Assembly: GCA_024137785.1 (NCBI GenBank)
Contig: JAHRHZ010000100.1
Location: forward strand, 2,937,427-3,001,426
Reading direction: 5' to 3'
DNA length: 64,000 bases
Source: Ginglymostoma cirratum
Taxonomy: Eukaryota
The number at the start of each line of letters is the position of its first letter. Position 1 is the first letter of the stretch. The translations under genes and the position numbers were made by a program. The notes under the pieces were generated by a model that saw only the letters and a list, made by a program, of their open reading frames with translations, was not told the origin of the DNA and ran no database searches. Positions 48,874 through 62,674 of this stretch are shown piece after piece.

Positions 48874-51419
48874 AGATATAGACAGGTACAAAAATAAGTG
48901 TTATGGGCAGAGGGAAAGACTGGCAAGCTGGTTCAGTGGCCCCTGTTCACAGGGTTCATTGAAGTGATCCTTTTGTCTTGTCAGGACTTTGGTGTACTTC
49001 GATACTGTTTCTCCAGGCACATCTACATGTTTGCAGGAGGCACAGAGTGGCGAGCCCACAACTTACAAAGTCTCTGATTTACTGCTTATAGCAACTACTG
49101 AGGGAAGCATTTTTGCCTGATTTAACGTAAGCTTTATGCCAAAGAAGAGAGACAGCTTCTTCCCTTTTTGAAATCCTCCCTTAAATGTTCATTCCCCCCC
49201 CCGCCCTTGAGCTTTTGAACTACCTGGGAGTCAATCACGTAGTAGTTGACAGGAAAAAAGTTTGTGTCATTGAAAATTAGTTACGAGTTCACATACCAGC
49301 CAGCTACTTGTTGTCAGGTGAATTTCCATCTGTTCACACTCCTTGACTCCAGCTCAACTCTAATTCAATATCCCCTTGCTGGGTGAACCTCAGCTGTGTA
49401 AGTAACACTTGTAGTGAGTGTCAGGTAACTTGCTTTTGAAAAAGTGCAGCAGTTCCTTAGTTTTTAAAAGCTGTCATTTTTCCCATTTCAGTTGACAATA
49501 AAAAATACAAAAAAAAATACGGTTGTTATAAATGAAAGCATTGTCCCTAGCGTACGGTTACAATATTAATTATGAGTTCTTGGCTATTAGAACCCAATCA
49601 ATGAGAGCAGATATCATATTAAAATGTCATCCGGACACAGAAAAACAACTGCCAAACAACAGACTCAACCTTATGAGGAAAAATGTCTCTACACATAGTT
49701 TCAATGAATAGTTCTGGCTTGGGTGTTACTAATTTTTTGCCATCAGGTCATGAAAGCTTCTTCAGACTGTAGAAACATTCTTTTCCAGCACAGCAACACC
49801 AAGACTATTATTTCACCCAAGCTCACTTAACTCATCCACTCTACCCACTTATCCATTTACTTCACCCATCTACCATCTTCCCACTCATAGTCATTCATCA
49901 ACTCACCTGTTCAACTGTTCTTTAACTTGCAGCTATTTACCCAATCACTAAGATTCACACTGGACATTTAAATTTACCTTAAGGCAGCTAGTGCCATTAT
50001 AAAAAGAAAGGGGGAACATGTCCAGACTTTCCCCCAAAGCTACTGGGTGGTGATGGGGTTCTTTAAGTGAATGTGTGCTCACAGCTCTGGAGAAGCTGGT
50101 CTCAGAAGATGCAGCCAGTTATGTGGACCAATGTTAGGGTGCATAAAGGTTTGAGTCCAAATGTCGGTCTGACAACGATTGCCACTTAGTGAGAGATGTG
50201 GGCAAGTGTAACTCACCAGGATTGAGGTAAATTCTGTCACATCAGCAGTGATGATTTCTACTGGGACATTTCGTCAGGAAACCCATACATTACAAATTGT
50301 TACAAGTCTGTTTTAAAAAAGAAATTGGCAGACATCTTGCATCTTTGAATAATGGTTAAAGTATTCTCTTTATGCATATTTAATACTGTATTGCATGATC
50401 TAAAACATACACCTATGCCAACATATCCTGTGCTCATTGAAGTTCAGTTATTTGATGTACTGAGGCTATGTCAATATGAATAGAGAGAAGAGAGAAGAAT
50501 CCCTTTAGGTATTACATAATGAGAATGAGTTAGAAATGCAATACTTGCTTAACAATTCATCAATATAGAGCATTAGCTTTGGGTGCAATCATTTAAACTC
50601 GTCTGTTATTCAAGATTTACTTCATTAGTGTATTTATTTTTTAAATAAAACCTGTTTGGAATTCTTCAGAAAAATGTGTACTTTCATTTATACAGCGATG
50701 CTGAGACTGAAATTTTTGTTAAAAAAACCAGAGGTTGAGGTTGCTGCACAAATCAGTCTTACTTATAAAATGCTCTTGAAAAAAATAAATTACTCTGAGA
50801 CTCAGGGGGACTGTTCAAAAGCATTATTAAATTGTACTTTGCAAAATAACATTAAAATATAAAGTAATTTGGCTGTAATTATTTAATCACAAGTGTTGTT
50901 AGTCGTTGATTAGGTGAGCAGTTGATATGAAAACCCATTCATCAATCTTGATGAAATTGGATTCTAATAAAGACGCTGAGGTCATCAGTAGATCAGTTTT
51001 TAGATATGCTTCCGAGCCAGTTGCAGCTTTATGATCCTCCAACTGACACATGATAACCACGTTAAGCAAGGTACTCTTCCTTGATGAGATAAGATGTTAC
51101 AGTTCATGTGCTCATTGTTATTATGACATTAGTCACTTGGCATAGTCTAAATTCTGTGTATTAATTGATATAAAACAATTATCCTTGAAAATCGCATTGA
51201 TCGCAAGGTTTCAGTGGAATGCATGAAAAGCAATGTGATATATTTTTCACTTGAACCATGACTGTACCCTTTTATCTTGCATCATCAGCCCATATGCTGA
51301 TTAATATCTCATCTTTCACCCTATCATGGACCTTACCTCTTGTCATTTCTCCCTTTCCCGCATTACGTTGACTCTCTATTTGACTGGAGAAAAATCAATA
51401 CATTGATAACTGTTTTCCA

Positions 51420-51545
51420 ATGCTGACAAAAAATCACTAATCCGAAATATCACCTCTGCTTTTCTTCACAGATTTTGCATCCCCTGATGAGTATTTGTAG
51501 TATTTTCTGTTTTTTGTTCCAGATTTCTGGTATCTGCATAATTTT
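51420..51545 (+). mobile_element. Old Neptune-type PLE terminus
   Basis: ctgacaaaaaatcactaatccgaaatatc...cttcacagat...gttccagatttctggtatctgca. Confidence 0.5.
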
Positions 51546-51859
51546 ATCTTTGCTTTGAGATACTAGCACCCTACAAATATCACTTGAAAGAAATATAAGA
51601 AAAAGTGAGAAAGAAACAGAATGAGAATGAAAATAAAGACTAATAAATACTTTTCTTGATCACAGAAAACCTCAAAAAACCTTTCAACTATATGTTTCTT
51701 CTTTAAGTATAGTGTTGTTGTCTTCTCTCATTCATCCTACAAGGCAAAGATTATTGTTTTATTAACTGGGATATATGATAGGGAATCAATGGTATTTGCA
51801 GTCACATACATACCCAATCTATGACTGGAGACTTGTGCTGCAAATAGTGCAGGATACTG

Positions 51860-52720
51860 CAGCTGACAGAGTTCTGCATGAGTTGCTGGTTTGTGACTTC
51901 CTTTCCAGGTGGTTTCTCTCTGACTCTGATATGTGCTTGCTTTCAAAGGAAGCTGCACTATTTTTTGTTCGATTGCATCAAGTTTAATCATCCCGGGTGA
52001 GCTTTTCCCAGGACTCTAAGTTCATATCAAAAGTCCTAAGTAAAGCCTTCAAGAATATCCTTGTAATAGTACCGTTAACCAATGTGAGAGCATATCCCAG
52101 ACTCTAGTTCTCCTTAGAAGATGTACTTTAGAAAATAAGGGTTATCCCCCTGACTAACTTCACCAGCCTAACTTAGTTTTGATTATCTCAATGTAGGCTG
52201 GTAGCTCAGGGGAGCATCTCAATGTCTTGCATTTAGCCGTGTCATCTAATCTTCAACAAATTCCAGAGGCAGCCCAAGTGAAAGTCTTTGAGCTTCTTGG
52301 AAAGTCACTGGCACACAGTCCGAGTGTTGCATTTGTAGAGTAGAGCGGACAAGGTTGTTGCTCTTTGGCACTGCATTACAAACTATTTTCCAATGTTTGC
52401 CCATTCTGATGTCTGTAGGCTGTTAGTGTGGAAGGAAGAAATATTTCTCTTCATTTGCAGGTTGGTTTGCAAAAATCTGTAAAAGGCTACACTGGCTTTG
52501 GCAATTCTTATATGTATCTCATCGAAAATATAGGTTGCTCAGGAGAGGTTGCTGCTAAAATAAGTGAATGTATTCACTTGTTAAGAACACAGGCAGACAC
52601 TTTGGACTTATGGCAGGCTTTAGAAAGCTAGTCCACGCTGCATCATATGTCCTGCTGCGATTCGGCAGCCGGTGCACAAACATGGCTAAACAGAAAATTT
52701 TCCAAAGTGAAAAATTAGTT
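51860..52720 (-). mobile_element. RTE-clade (BovB-like) LINE relic
   Basis: The minus strand reads ...KKLKDFHLGCLWNLLKIR...KYIF*GELESG...YYKDIL, plus an RT piece near 52610-52690. The element may extend further right. Confidence 0.65.
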
Positions 52721-54414
52721 AAAATAACGCAATACTTGGAAATGAACATACCGTTTGTGCTGGATCTCAAAATGAAGTGCACAAGATGAGTTGGACCAGT
52801 CTGTTTAATTTACTGGTTTTTGTTTCTGGGTATATGCTTGTAGACCTTGGTCTTTGCCTGGAGTCCTTTCAGTTTGAACAGCTTGCTGACCACGTGACAT
52901 CTGGATTTGATGCCAGGAATAAGATCATGGATGGCATCAGGCAGCATAGTAGAGAAAAATATGCAGAAGGGAGTTGGTATTAGCGCAAGGCTATGTTTAT
53001 TGACTGGGAATAGGTTAGATGTCTCACCACATTGGATGGACATACTGGCTCTGTGTTGTATGAACTGCCGCTCATGATGAAATTTACTACCTCCATCCTC
53101 TTTAAATGAAGGAGACAGTCCCTGCTTGATCTACTGAATCATCAAGTGGCAAAACATATTGATGATCTGCAACTATCATGCTGTCAACCTGATACACAGG
53201 TCATGTCGTACTTAAGAATGCAATGAACCTTTACTTGCTGCTCCCAGTATTTACTTTTGCACATTACACTCACAGATACTTCCTGATCTGGGGTCACGCT
53301 GAGCAATTTGGATGTACTGTGGCGTGCTTGCCTCAGCATGTCATACTGCAAGATAGGCACCTCTATATTCTTGTGGGATGGTTCCTTGATATCTCGGAGA
53401 CAGGAATGAGTTTGGTGAGGTTCTTGACCAGTTATTGGTCCCCAGCCCTGCACATCTCAGCTGTTGGTCACATCAAAAAGACAGGAGTTTAATTGCATCT
53501 GTTCTTTCTAAGGGCATGAAGACTGAAGTCAAAGGCAAACCATGACAGCCCATTGATTGCTGCTTCATTAATGCACAAAAGCCAACTGAGGACACAATGA
53601 ACATGCTCTGCCCAGCTTTCTAGAATTTGAGTTTTCTCTGTGAGGAATGTTGACCCATGGACACCAAGGAATGATGATCAACCAGTTTTAAAGCATGACT
53701 TCACAACCTCATAAAATTGAAATTCACCTTCTTCCTGATTTAGCCAAGTGATTTGCATCTTTCTAAACTTCCATCAGATATTCCTGCATATGTTTCATGA
53801 GGTATTGTGCTTTACACAATGACTTACCATTGATGTAAACTTGACTTTTGTCGACTGCAGTAATTGCTGAATTATCTTTATTAAATCAAATTAATCATAA
53901 TGCACATGAGAGGTAGGGACAAGAGCCCCTAGTGCAGTAGAGTACTCTATATCCATGAAGATTTCCCAGACATCCTTAATCTAATGTGTGCCAATTTTCC
54001 ATTGTACATAGGAGACTTTTCAGTTTCTCTGAGCAGGGATGCACATGTGCAGTGGGTGGTTTCATGGATAATGGGAATACCAAATGTGTAATGCAGTGAC
54101 TAAGGCACAATGGTTAGTATTTGGTCTACAGACTCAAGCTTCCTGTTACAGAAGGCATATTTTCACGATAGAAAGCATGTGATGTTACTTGATCAGTCTT
54201 TGTGGTGAGATTTGAGGCACTGTGACTATTTCCTTTCAAAGGATTCAAGAGAGAAAGAAGTTTCCCGAGGCATATTTGGGGGTGTGGGCAAACTACTGGA
54301 AGTATGTAAACTCAAAAATAGGGGGGGGGGGGTGCAGGGAATTCAATTTTAGATGGTAGGGAACTAATGTTAGTGAGTACAGTAAAAGTGAATGGCAATG
54401 GGATTTGGTGCTTA

Positions 54415-54525
54415 AAAAACAAAAGAACTGTGGACGCTGGAAATCTAAAACAGAAACAGAAATTGCTGGAAAATCTCAGCAGATTTGGCAACATCTTTGG
54501 AAAGAAATCCCTTTTTCAGAACTGA
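54415..54525 (-). mobile_element. Neptune-type PLE terminus
   Basis: aaaagaactgtggacgctggaaatctaaaacagaaacagaaattgctgg...cccttttcagaactg-like end. Confidence 0.75.
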
Positions 54526-55779
54526 TTCAGGATTTGAAGCATGATCACATAGATATGGAAGAATTTCAGGACAAATGAAGTTCAGTGGATGAATGCAGGA
54601 GACTGTGTCTAAATAGCAGGAATTCAAAGGTGAAATGAAAGGTGGCACTGGACAATATTGAAGGGGTGGAATTGGTTGCCTTGTGATAGAGAAGACATAG
54701 GATGGGAGCTATTGAGTAATGAACGGAATGCTAATGTTTCAAGCAATCTGATTCAGTTTGAGCTTGGAGACATGGAGGTTAAATGGAGTTGGTGGTGAGG
54801 ATATGGTGGAGGTTGAAGATGTTGTCTAAGGTCTATGCAACAATCATCAGGCATGCAAATTGAAGAAGCAGTATGAAAACACAGAAGGAATTGTGGTTTC
54901 AAGTAAAGTTGTTGGAGCGGTGTAGTGGACTGTGTAGACGATGGCCACTCATTTCTAGGTTATGTCATAAAAGGTCAGCAGAGAGTTCTTGAGGCAAAGG
55001 CCGCATTATCACGGGTACAAATTGAGATGCAGACTATTGGATCATATAAAGATAAATGTACAAAAAAAATGAAGCAGAAAATTGACAGGCAAACTGAAAA
55101 CAACACGTTTAGATTGCTTTTTGCAGAGAATTGGGCTGATAAGCTGAATGATCTTTTTTCTTTAAAAAAATGAGGCTGTGTGTAAAACTGGGATTATACC
55201 AAGCATAAAGAATTCATTGTTAATTTAACTCTGCAACTCAACCATTAATAAACTCTTGTGGATAAGGGATCAAAAAATATTCTGGCATCAATGATTTATT
55301 GCAGCAGCTCAAGTTCAAATTAATGCAAACATGGTAATGTAAACACATTAAAAAAAATTAAATTTGTATTGTTGCTTTAATCTCCAGTGAGGGCACAGGG
55401 TTGTATTAGCTGCAATGGAATCTTTACTGTCAACAAGTAGTAATTTGAAAAAACAAGAGATTATTTTATTGTAGATTACTTCAGAAACATAAGCAGAGGG
55501 TGGGAAATGCTCAAACTAGAAACCAGGACAAAGATCACTCATATGTCAGATAAATGTATCAAAACACTACCAACGCCAGGTGCAACTCCTTAAAAAGCTG
55601 TCATGCAACAAATACTGCCCTCATGTATTAATGGCTTGTGTGGGAAATCCTCTAAGTTAGATCTGTTCTCTGTATCATTGGCTGGCTTCACATCCTAAAT
55701 AGAATTACTGAAAGGATTCTTAAAGTTGTACTCTCCTATGCTGAAATGCAAAAGGAGGTGAACATAGCAAACACACACA

Positions 55780-55900
55780 TTTCTGAAGAAGAATCATATC
55801 ATACTCAAAATGTTAGATCGCTTTCTTCCTCCACGATGTTGTCGGACCTGCTGAGTTTATCATTCACATTGTATTAATTTCAGATTTCCAGCATCCACTT
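55780..55900 (+). mobile_element. Old Neptune-type PLE terminus
   Basis: ttCTGAAGAagaatcatatcatactcAAAATGTTag...gacctgctgagt...cagatttccagcatc. Confidence 0.65.
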
Positions 55901-57000
55901 TACTGCTCATTTATATTTGGTTTGCCTAGAAGGTCCCAAAAAGACTATGCATCTTGATCACCTGTTCAGTATGGAGCGGGCGTACAGCTTCATTTGAAAG
56001 AGAAGTGTCCGCAAGGTTTTCTGCATCAAACAAAGATCAGTTATTCAAGCAATTGACATGGTCTGGGTAGTTGTGGCTTTTTTGATGAATCAGTGGTGGT
56101 GCTTTTGACTGCAAAGTGGTGAATTTTCACCTGAATATTTCCTTTGCTTTTCTTGCAACCTTTTGTACTTTTGTTCTTTCTTATGACTGATTGTGAGACT
56201 TGGTTTAATTCATCCTTTGGCTTCAGAGGGAAGTGACTTTCATAAACCACTAATAATGAACCATTATAGATAAAGTATATATTAGCAGTGACCACTATCA
56301 GAAATCTAAGTACAGGCATATCGTGACAAAGAAAATAGGGACGAAGAATAATAAAAAAAGTAAATCTTCCAATGCCCTTTCTTCTTACTGTTTATTTGTA
56401 TGCATACCTAACTAAAGAATGTGTGAAAATACTAGTAATAGCATTGTGTCCACAGTTTAAAGGTTCTGAATAGGACTGACCTTGGAAGTAAAGAACAGGA
56501 ACACATGAAGTTGGAAATATACAGGCACCTGGGGCTGTATTAACTTACCATAAAATGTACAAAGATAATTCTACTGGCATTATTAATCTGCTAATAAATG
56601 CTGGTTGGTAATTTTATATTATGTTTGTATGTTCATACTATTACTGATTAGGCAGGAATATGCTTATTCTGAGGATGAGGCAGTAACAAAAGAGTCCTGA
56701 GGATATATTCTTTGGTTCTGAATGAATATATGACTCTAAACATTATTTGGCTGTTTGGTGGCAATAATCAATTCAGTTACCCTAGATATCCAAACTCTTT
56801 GGTAGGATATCTGTATTGCTTCTTCTGGTATAGTTTTCTAACTCCTCATAACTGTGAAGTGATTTTCTGGCTGTTTTAAAGGCTTTGTTGTGGCTGCATG
56901 GCTTTGGGAAGGTCTATTTTGAAGGAAAATGTAAAGGATAGTGAAGGCTATGCCTCGAAACAAGAAGGCCCTGACAAAATCCTCTGTGTGGGCTATTGAA

Positions 57001-58278
57001 AGAACAAAGGACGTAAGAACCAGGAGCAGGAGTAGGCTATCTGGCCCTTCGAGCCTGCTCCACCATTCAGCAAGATCATGGCCGATCTGTTATGACCTCA
57101 GATCCACTTACCCATCCCCTCACCATAATCCATAATTCCTTGACTGTTCAAAAAATTATCTATCTCAGTTTTAAAAACATTCAATGAGGAAGCCTCAACT
57201 ACTTCTCTGGGCAGACATTTTCACAGATTCACAATTCAGTCCATCCTCAATTCAGTCCTAAATCTGCTCCCCCTTATTTTGAGGCAAGGCGCTCTTGTTC
57301 TACTTTCACCCACCAGTGGGAACATCCTCCCTGCTTCTATCTTATTTATTCCCTTCATAATTTTATATGTTTCGATAAGATAACCCCTTCATTCTTCTAA
57401 ACTCCAATGAATATAGTCCCAGTCTACTCGGTCTATCCTCATAAGCCAACCCCCTCAACTCTGGAATCAACCTAGTGAATCTCCTCGGCACCCCCTCCAG
57501 TGCCAGTACCTCTTTTCTCAAGTAAGGAGGCCAAAACTGCACACAGTACTCCAGGAACAAAAACAAAGTTGCTGGAAAAGCTCAGCAGGTCTGGCAGCAT
57601 CTGTGAAGGAGAAAGCAGAGTTAATGTTTCAGGTCTGGCGACCCTTCCTCAGAACTGTACTCCAGGTGTGGTCTCATCAGCACACTACACAGCTGCAGCA
57701 TAACCTCCCTGTTTTTAAACTCCATCACTTTAGCAACGAAGGATAAAATTCGATCTGCCTTCTTAATTACCTGATGCACCTGTGAACCAACCATTTTTGA
57801 TTCATGTGCAAGGACACCTAGGTCCCTCTGCACAGCAGCATGCTGCAATTTTTTACCGTTCAAATAATAGTCCTTTTTACAATTGTTCTTGCCAAAATGG
57901 ATGACCTCACATTTATCAACATTGTTCTCCATCTACCAGACCTTTGCCCACTCACTAAAATATCTATATCCCTCTGCAAACTTTCAGAGTCCTCTGCGTA
58001 CTTTGCTCTACTACTCATCTTAGTGTCATCGGCAAATTTTGACACACTATACGTGGTCCCCATTCCAAATCATCTATGTAAATTGTAAACAATTGAGGTC
58101 CCAACACTGATCCCTGAGGCACACCGCTAGCCACTGATCGCCAACCAGAAAAGCACTCATTTATCCCCACTCTCTGCTTCTTGTCATCCTTTATCCTTGC
58201 TAATACTTGCCCATAAAACCATGCATGTTTATCTTATGCAGCAGCCTTTTGTGCGGCACCTTGTCGAATGTCTTTTGA
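57001..58278 (-). mobile_element. CR1 LINE 3' ~1.2 kb, interrupted by a PLE terminus
   Basis: [20 protein letters not shown] and LEYCVQFWPPYLRK, with a CR1 tail at 57001-57090. Confidence 0.92.
57556..57656 (-). mobile_element. 101-bp HHR-plus-tail PLE mini-insertion
   Basis: The 10-bp duplication gtactccagg lies at 57546-57555 and 57657-57666. The minus strand reads AGTT-CTGAGGA-AGGGTC(GCCA)GACCT-GAAA-CA-TT-AACT. Confidence 0.9.
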
Positions 58279-59549
58279 TAAGCATCAAATAAAAATAATG
58301 GTTAGGTGACCATCTTTTATACAGGAAACATAAAGCGGATTTATCACTTTCCCCTTTAAGCAAAATGTAGAAAGTTTTCCAAGTTTTCAGAATTGATCTG
58401 TTCTTACTTCACTCGATGTCTACACGTAGGCAGAGACTATTTTCCATGGGACAACACAGCCAGCCTTTTAAGGAGTGTAGCAGATAAAATTTAGGGTTTC
58501 TTTTTTGCATTCACCTTAACATGAATGAAGAGTTTGGTGTTTTCTTCTCCTTTCTTTCAAAGAAGGGACCTCTATTGAACATCCTTCCTCCTGGCTAACG
58601 CAGTCTGTTTTCTTATCTGGCAAGATTTGGTCAGAACTGTATCTGTTGCTGTGATGTTACTTTTTGTGAAGTTTTTCAGTTTATTTTATGATTTTATTGA
58701 TACAATTGATCATTGCTTATCTTGGAAGTTCTGTCTCTATCTTTCTGTGGTCCATGTATTGTTTCATCTTCTCTTTTTATCCTGTTCAAATTAGAATTGA
58801 TGCAATGTGCCTCATTTCAGCGTAATTTTCAAGGACAACACAGGGGAAACATTTGGCTCCTATCATTTCTGGGTGTGCAGTTAGTGAATGGTAAGCATTC
58901 CCAGCATCCGAATGATAAGACGTGAGGATCCTGACACACTGGGCTACAGCCACCTTTATAATGTGGCCAAGTGCTGCACATCTGGTGAAGATCAGTGTGT
59001 AACTGAGGTTTGTCCTGGTGGCCTTCAGGTAAATGGGTCAGGGCTGCGGGTAGTGCCTGAGGTTTGAACCTGAACTGAAGGATCAATCATAGATTGAGGA
59101 GTAGGACCAAAGATCCAAAAATCAAGATCCAGGGGTGAGCTTGATCGGTGCAGAGTTACAGGCAAATCAGCGACCATCAGCTCCTTTAATGTGAGGCCAA
59201 AGGAACACTCCTGGAACACTTCCAGGTTTAATTCATTCACTTAGTTATTTGGGTAAGTGCCAAGCATACAATCTGAATCCTTTGGTTCGTTGTTCCTGTC
59301 TGCCTGAGGACATGTAATAAAGGACCTCAAACAGATATTAAATATATTACTTCAATATACAAAGAGCCTAAAGCTTGCATCAGGTGCAGGTAATGTGTAA
59401 ATATGTATTGTATGTCCTTTCTCGATACGATAGACAATGTTTTTCTGATCAGAAGTACATGTGTACTTCCTGTTGCGACTTATCTGAAAAATGGGTGCTT
59501 CATGTACTAATCTCCGGATCCAAAAGTCTGAAGTGCATCGGTTTCCCTT

Positions 59550-62500
59550 GGCTGTAAGACACCAGTCTGTGTCCTCCTGTGTTTTTCTTGAACTAGTTAG
59601 AAGATGGATTTCTGCAGTGAGTGTCTCATGGCTGAGGTCACATGGCAATCCCAAACCAGGAGGCACATTAGTACAGTATTCCATTTCTATGCCAAGCACT
59701 ATCTTTTCAAGGAGAAAAAATGTATGCATTATTGTTTTTTTCATTGTGACTGTTTCTATTACGTGTTATTAACTGTTCATCCGGTTCCTTCTCCAAGGAG
59801 TGTCATTCCATGGTCACTTGTTGTTACTAGGCTACATGTTGTTGTTCCTTTTATCTTGTTGGGCTGCTGTGAACCTGTGGAATTGTGTTTGGTCTATGGT
59901 CTGTGCAGGCAGCGAGTTCATGTCTCCCTGATTGGCGATCCGCAGGGAAGCAACAGTTTTTCCAAGTGTGCGTAGGTACCTGTAGTTGTGACAGTGTATT
60001 TGGTTGGTCATTTCCGCCACAAATGATTGAGATGAAAACTACTATAAGCAGGTCCCAGTTTGTTACTTGGCATGACTGTTGTTGAGAATATTGAAGGTTT
60101 GCTCAATTCTCAACTCGAGCAACATCAATCATCAGAATCAAATTTGACTTTTGACAATTCAAGTTTGATTTTGTCACTCTCACACATACCACTCAGTAGT
60201 TTTTTTTTCCCACTATTGGAAGAGTGCTTTGAGTATTGTCTGACATTAGTCTTTGTGCTGGACGACTTTCCATGTCTTCAGAAGTGTGTACCTCCATTCA
60301 AGGATTGCTGTGTATACGTTCGGGTGCGATTTGCTTTATTTCTGCCATCCCTTTTGGTAATTTCCGTTGTTCTCTGCACCAATACCATTACGTATCTTTC
60401 ACAGAGTTCGCATGATGGTTCACGCTCCAGTGACAAGCTGGACAGGAATTTTGCCAAGTATTCCAATCGAACAAATCATTGCAACAAAAGCAGAAATTGC
60501 TGGAGAAAGTCAACAGCGACTGTGGAGGGAGAAACAGAATGAATGTTTCGAGCCCTGGTGACCCTCCTTCACTGCTGTTATATCTGATGGTGCTGTACAA
60601 CGTCCATGCATCTCACCTTTTCGGAGAGCTGGGTAAAGTTCTTTTGATGTAAACACATGACCTTGGGCACCATCATTTGCAATATTTTTCTTGCTCAGCT
60701 TCAGCTATGTCTGACCAAAATTGTCTAGCAGCTGCAATAGTTCTTTTATCATGGTAACCAATGGCCTTTCCCACATCCATAAAGGAGCAAATCATCCACC
60801 ATGTCCACTACTCTAAGAAGATCACTAATTATCTCATGTCAATACTTCTCCGGAGCCATGGAAATGTCAAATGGCATGAGCAGCCAACTGTGTCCCATGC
60901 ATGTTTCAACTAGCTTCACTTGCCAGTAACTGTCTTTGACGCCTTGGGTAAGGAAGACATTTTTCCTTTGTCATTTATGTTAAAATTTCTTTGATGGTTG
61001 ACATGGGGTTATGAGATCTTTTCAGAACTTTAATTCAATCTTTTGGCACAATGCAAACTCTCAGTTTTCCAGGTTGTTTCATTGCTGTCATGCTGCCAAT
61101 CCATTCGTAGGAGTTGTCACTTTCTTGATTACTCCCTTTTTTTTTAGCTTTCAGGCTGGCCTCAAAGACAGCTAAAAGTTTCCTCCGCAGATATTGCACT
61201 GGTCTCACACTCTCAATTGTTCTGAGATGATATTCACCAGGAACCTGTAAACAAATTGTTGTACTCCTCTAGGATCTGTTCCATGGTAAACTGTTCAATG
61301 TACGGCAACACATTGCAAAAAAACTTCTGTCATGCAGAGGGTTACCAGTCCAAGCTTTAGATTTGCTTTGACTGAGATGAGTGGCTTCTGTTTGCTGCTT
61401 GTGTTCTGGGACTCCAGATCTCTATTGATTTGATGTTCTCCTTCTGCATCCATTGTCACAACAGTCACAAATCCCCATGTCTCACCAAATGACCTGAGCA
61501 AACCAACCTGTTGTACAGTGTAGTGTGATTCATTAGAATCTTCAAGTGATATCTCTCCAGTGGCCATCTGTACCAGCTTTTTATGTCTCCCTTCTGTCCA
61601 AACACTAGTGTGCAAAATGATTTGGCTTTTTACATTGAGAACACTGCTTTCTCCAGCCTAGACACTCTTCCTTCTCGTTTCTATGATGTCCTCCACAGTA
61701 TTTGCATTCTTCCCTTTGTATGTGATCTTTCTGCCCTTAGTACCTGAAATGTTTATTTGCAAAATGCAAGGCCTGGTCTGTTCTGCTATGAATATGTTGT
61801 ATCTACTGATTTACAGTCTCAGTACTTCTGCTCCTGTTGATCACTTTTGACAGGAAGTTTCCCCTCTCTCAGTATATATGCTTACAATGGGATCTCTACA
61901 TTTCGAATGCAAACCTATTTCTAATTTGATCATCTTTATGTTGTGTAAATTCACAGGGTTTTGCAAACTGTGTTAATGTGGTCATATATTGCTTAATGGA
62001 TTGTTTTCACCTTGATCCTTAATATTGATACTATTTATAATTTCCATTCACTTGGCACTCAATATATGCCTTCAAGGCAGTCAAGATTTCCATACCTTTT
62101 TCTTCTGTACATTGGACAGATTGAGGATAGAAATCACTTTGAAACAATCTCTCTTCAATTACTACAAGTGTAGCTAATTGTAGCTGTTTCAGCTTGTTAA
62201 TTAAATCTGTTGCAATCTTGTGGCCTTTCCAAATGGAAAACGTTCTTGTTTCATATTGATTTTCATTTCAAGTGTGTCTTAGCTAGTGCTTTCAATTCTG
62301 ACTTGCTTCTTTGTTTGTTTTCTATGGCTTCTTGTGGTGTTTAGCAGTTTTCAGCATCTCTGAACATCTCTGTGTTCTTCTTTCAGTAGCCGTGCTCCTG
62401 TACAGCTCTTCAACTTTCAATCTCAACTCCACTCTGATGCCATGTTATAAGTTCACAGGACAACAGTCTGGCTTGTACTGTGTCTTTATTGAACTGGCTG

Positions 62501-62640
62501 AAAGATGGATGTCTACTATGAGTAAGATATGGTTGAGGTTACCTGACCATAGCATGCCAGGAGGCACATTAATATGGTATTGCATGTCTATTGAAAAACT
62601 CCTGTCTCCGTTTCTATGATCTACAAACTCCTAAAATCTA
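59550..62640 (-). mobile_element. Ancient Gypsy element with both LTR remnants
   Basis: RT LLMPFDISMAPEKY*HE...VVDMVDDLLLYG (60760-60905) and YLAKFLSSLS. A PBS-like TGGCATCAGAGTGG at 62442-62429 abuts ...ataaCA. Direct repeats lie at 59558-59690 and 62459-62591. Confidence 0.75.
60483..60572 (-). mobile_element. Neptune-type PLE terminus inserted in the Gypsy RT
   Basis: aacaaaagcagaaattgctggag...aatgtttcgagccctggtgaccctccttca. Confidence 0.7.
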
Positions 62641-62674
62641 AATTTGATGTTAACTGGCCATTTTTGTTTTGTTA

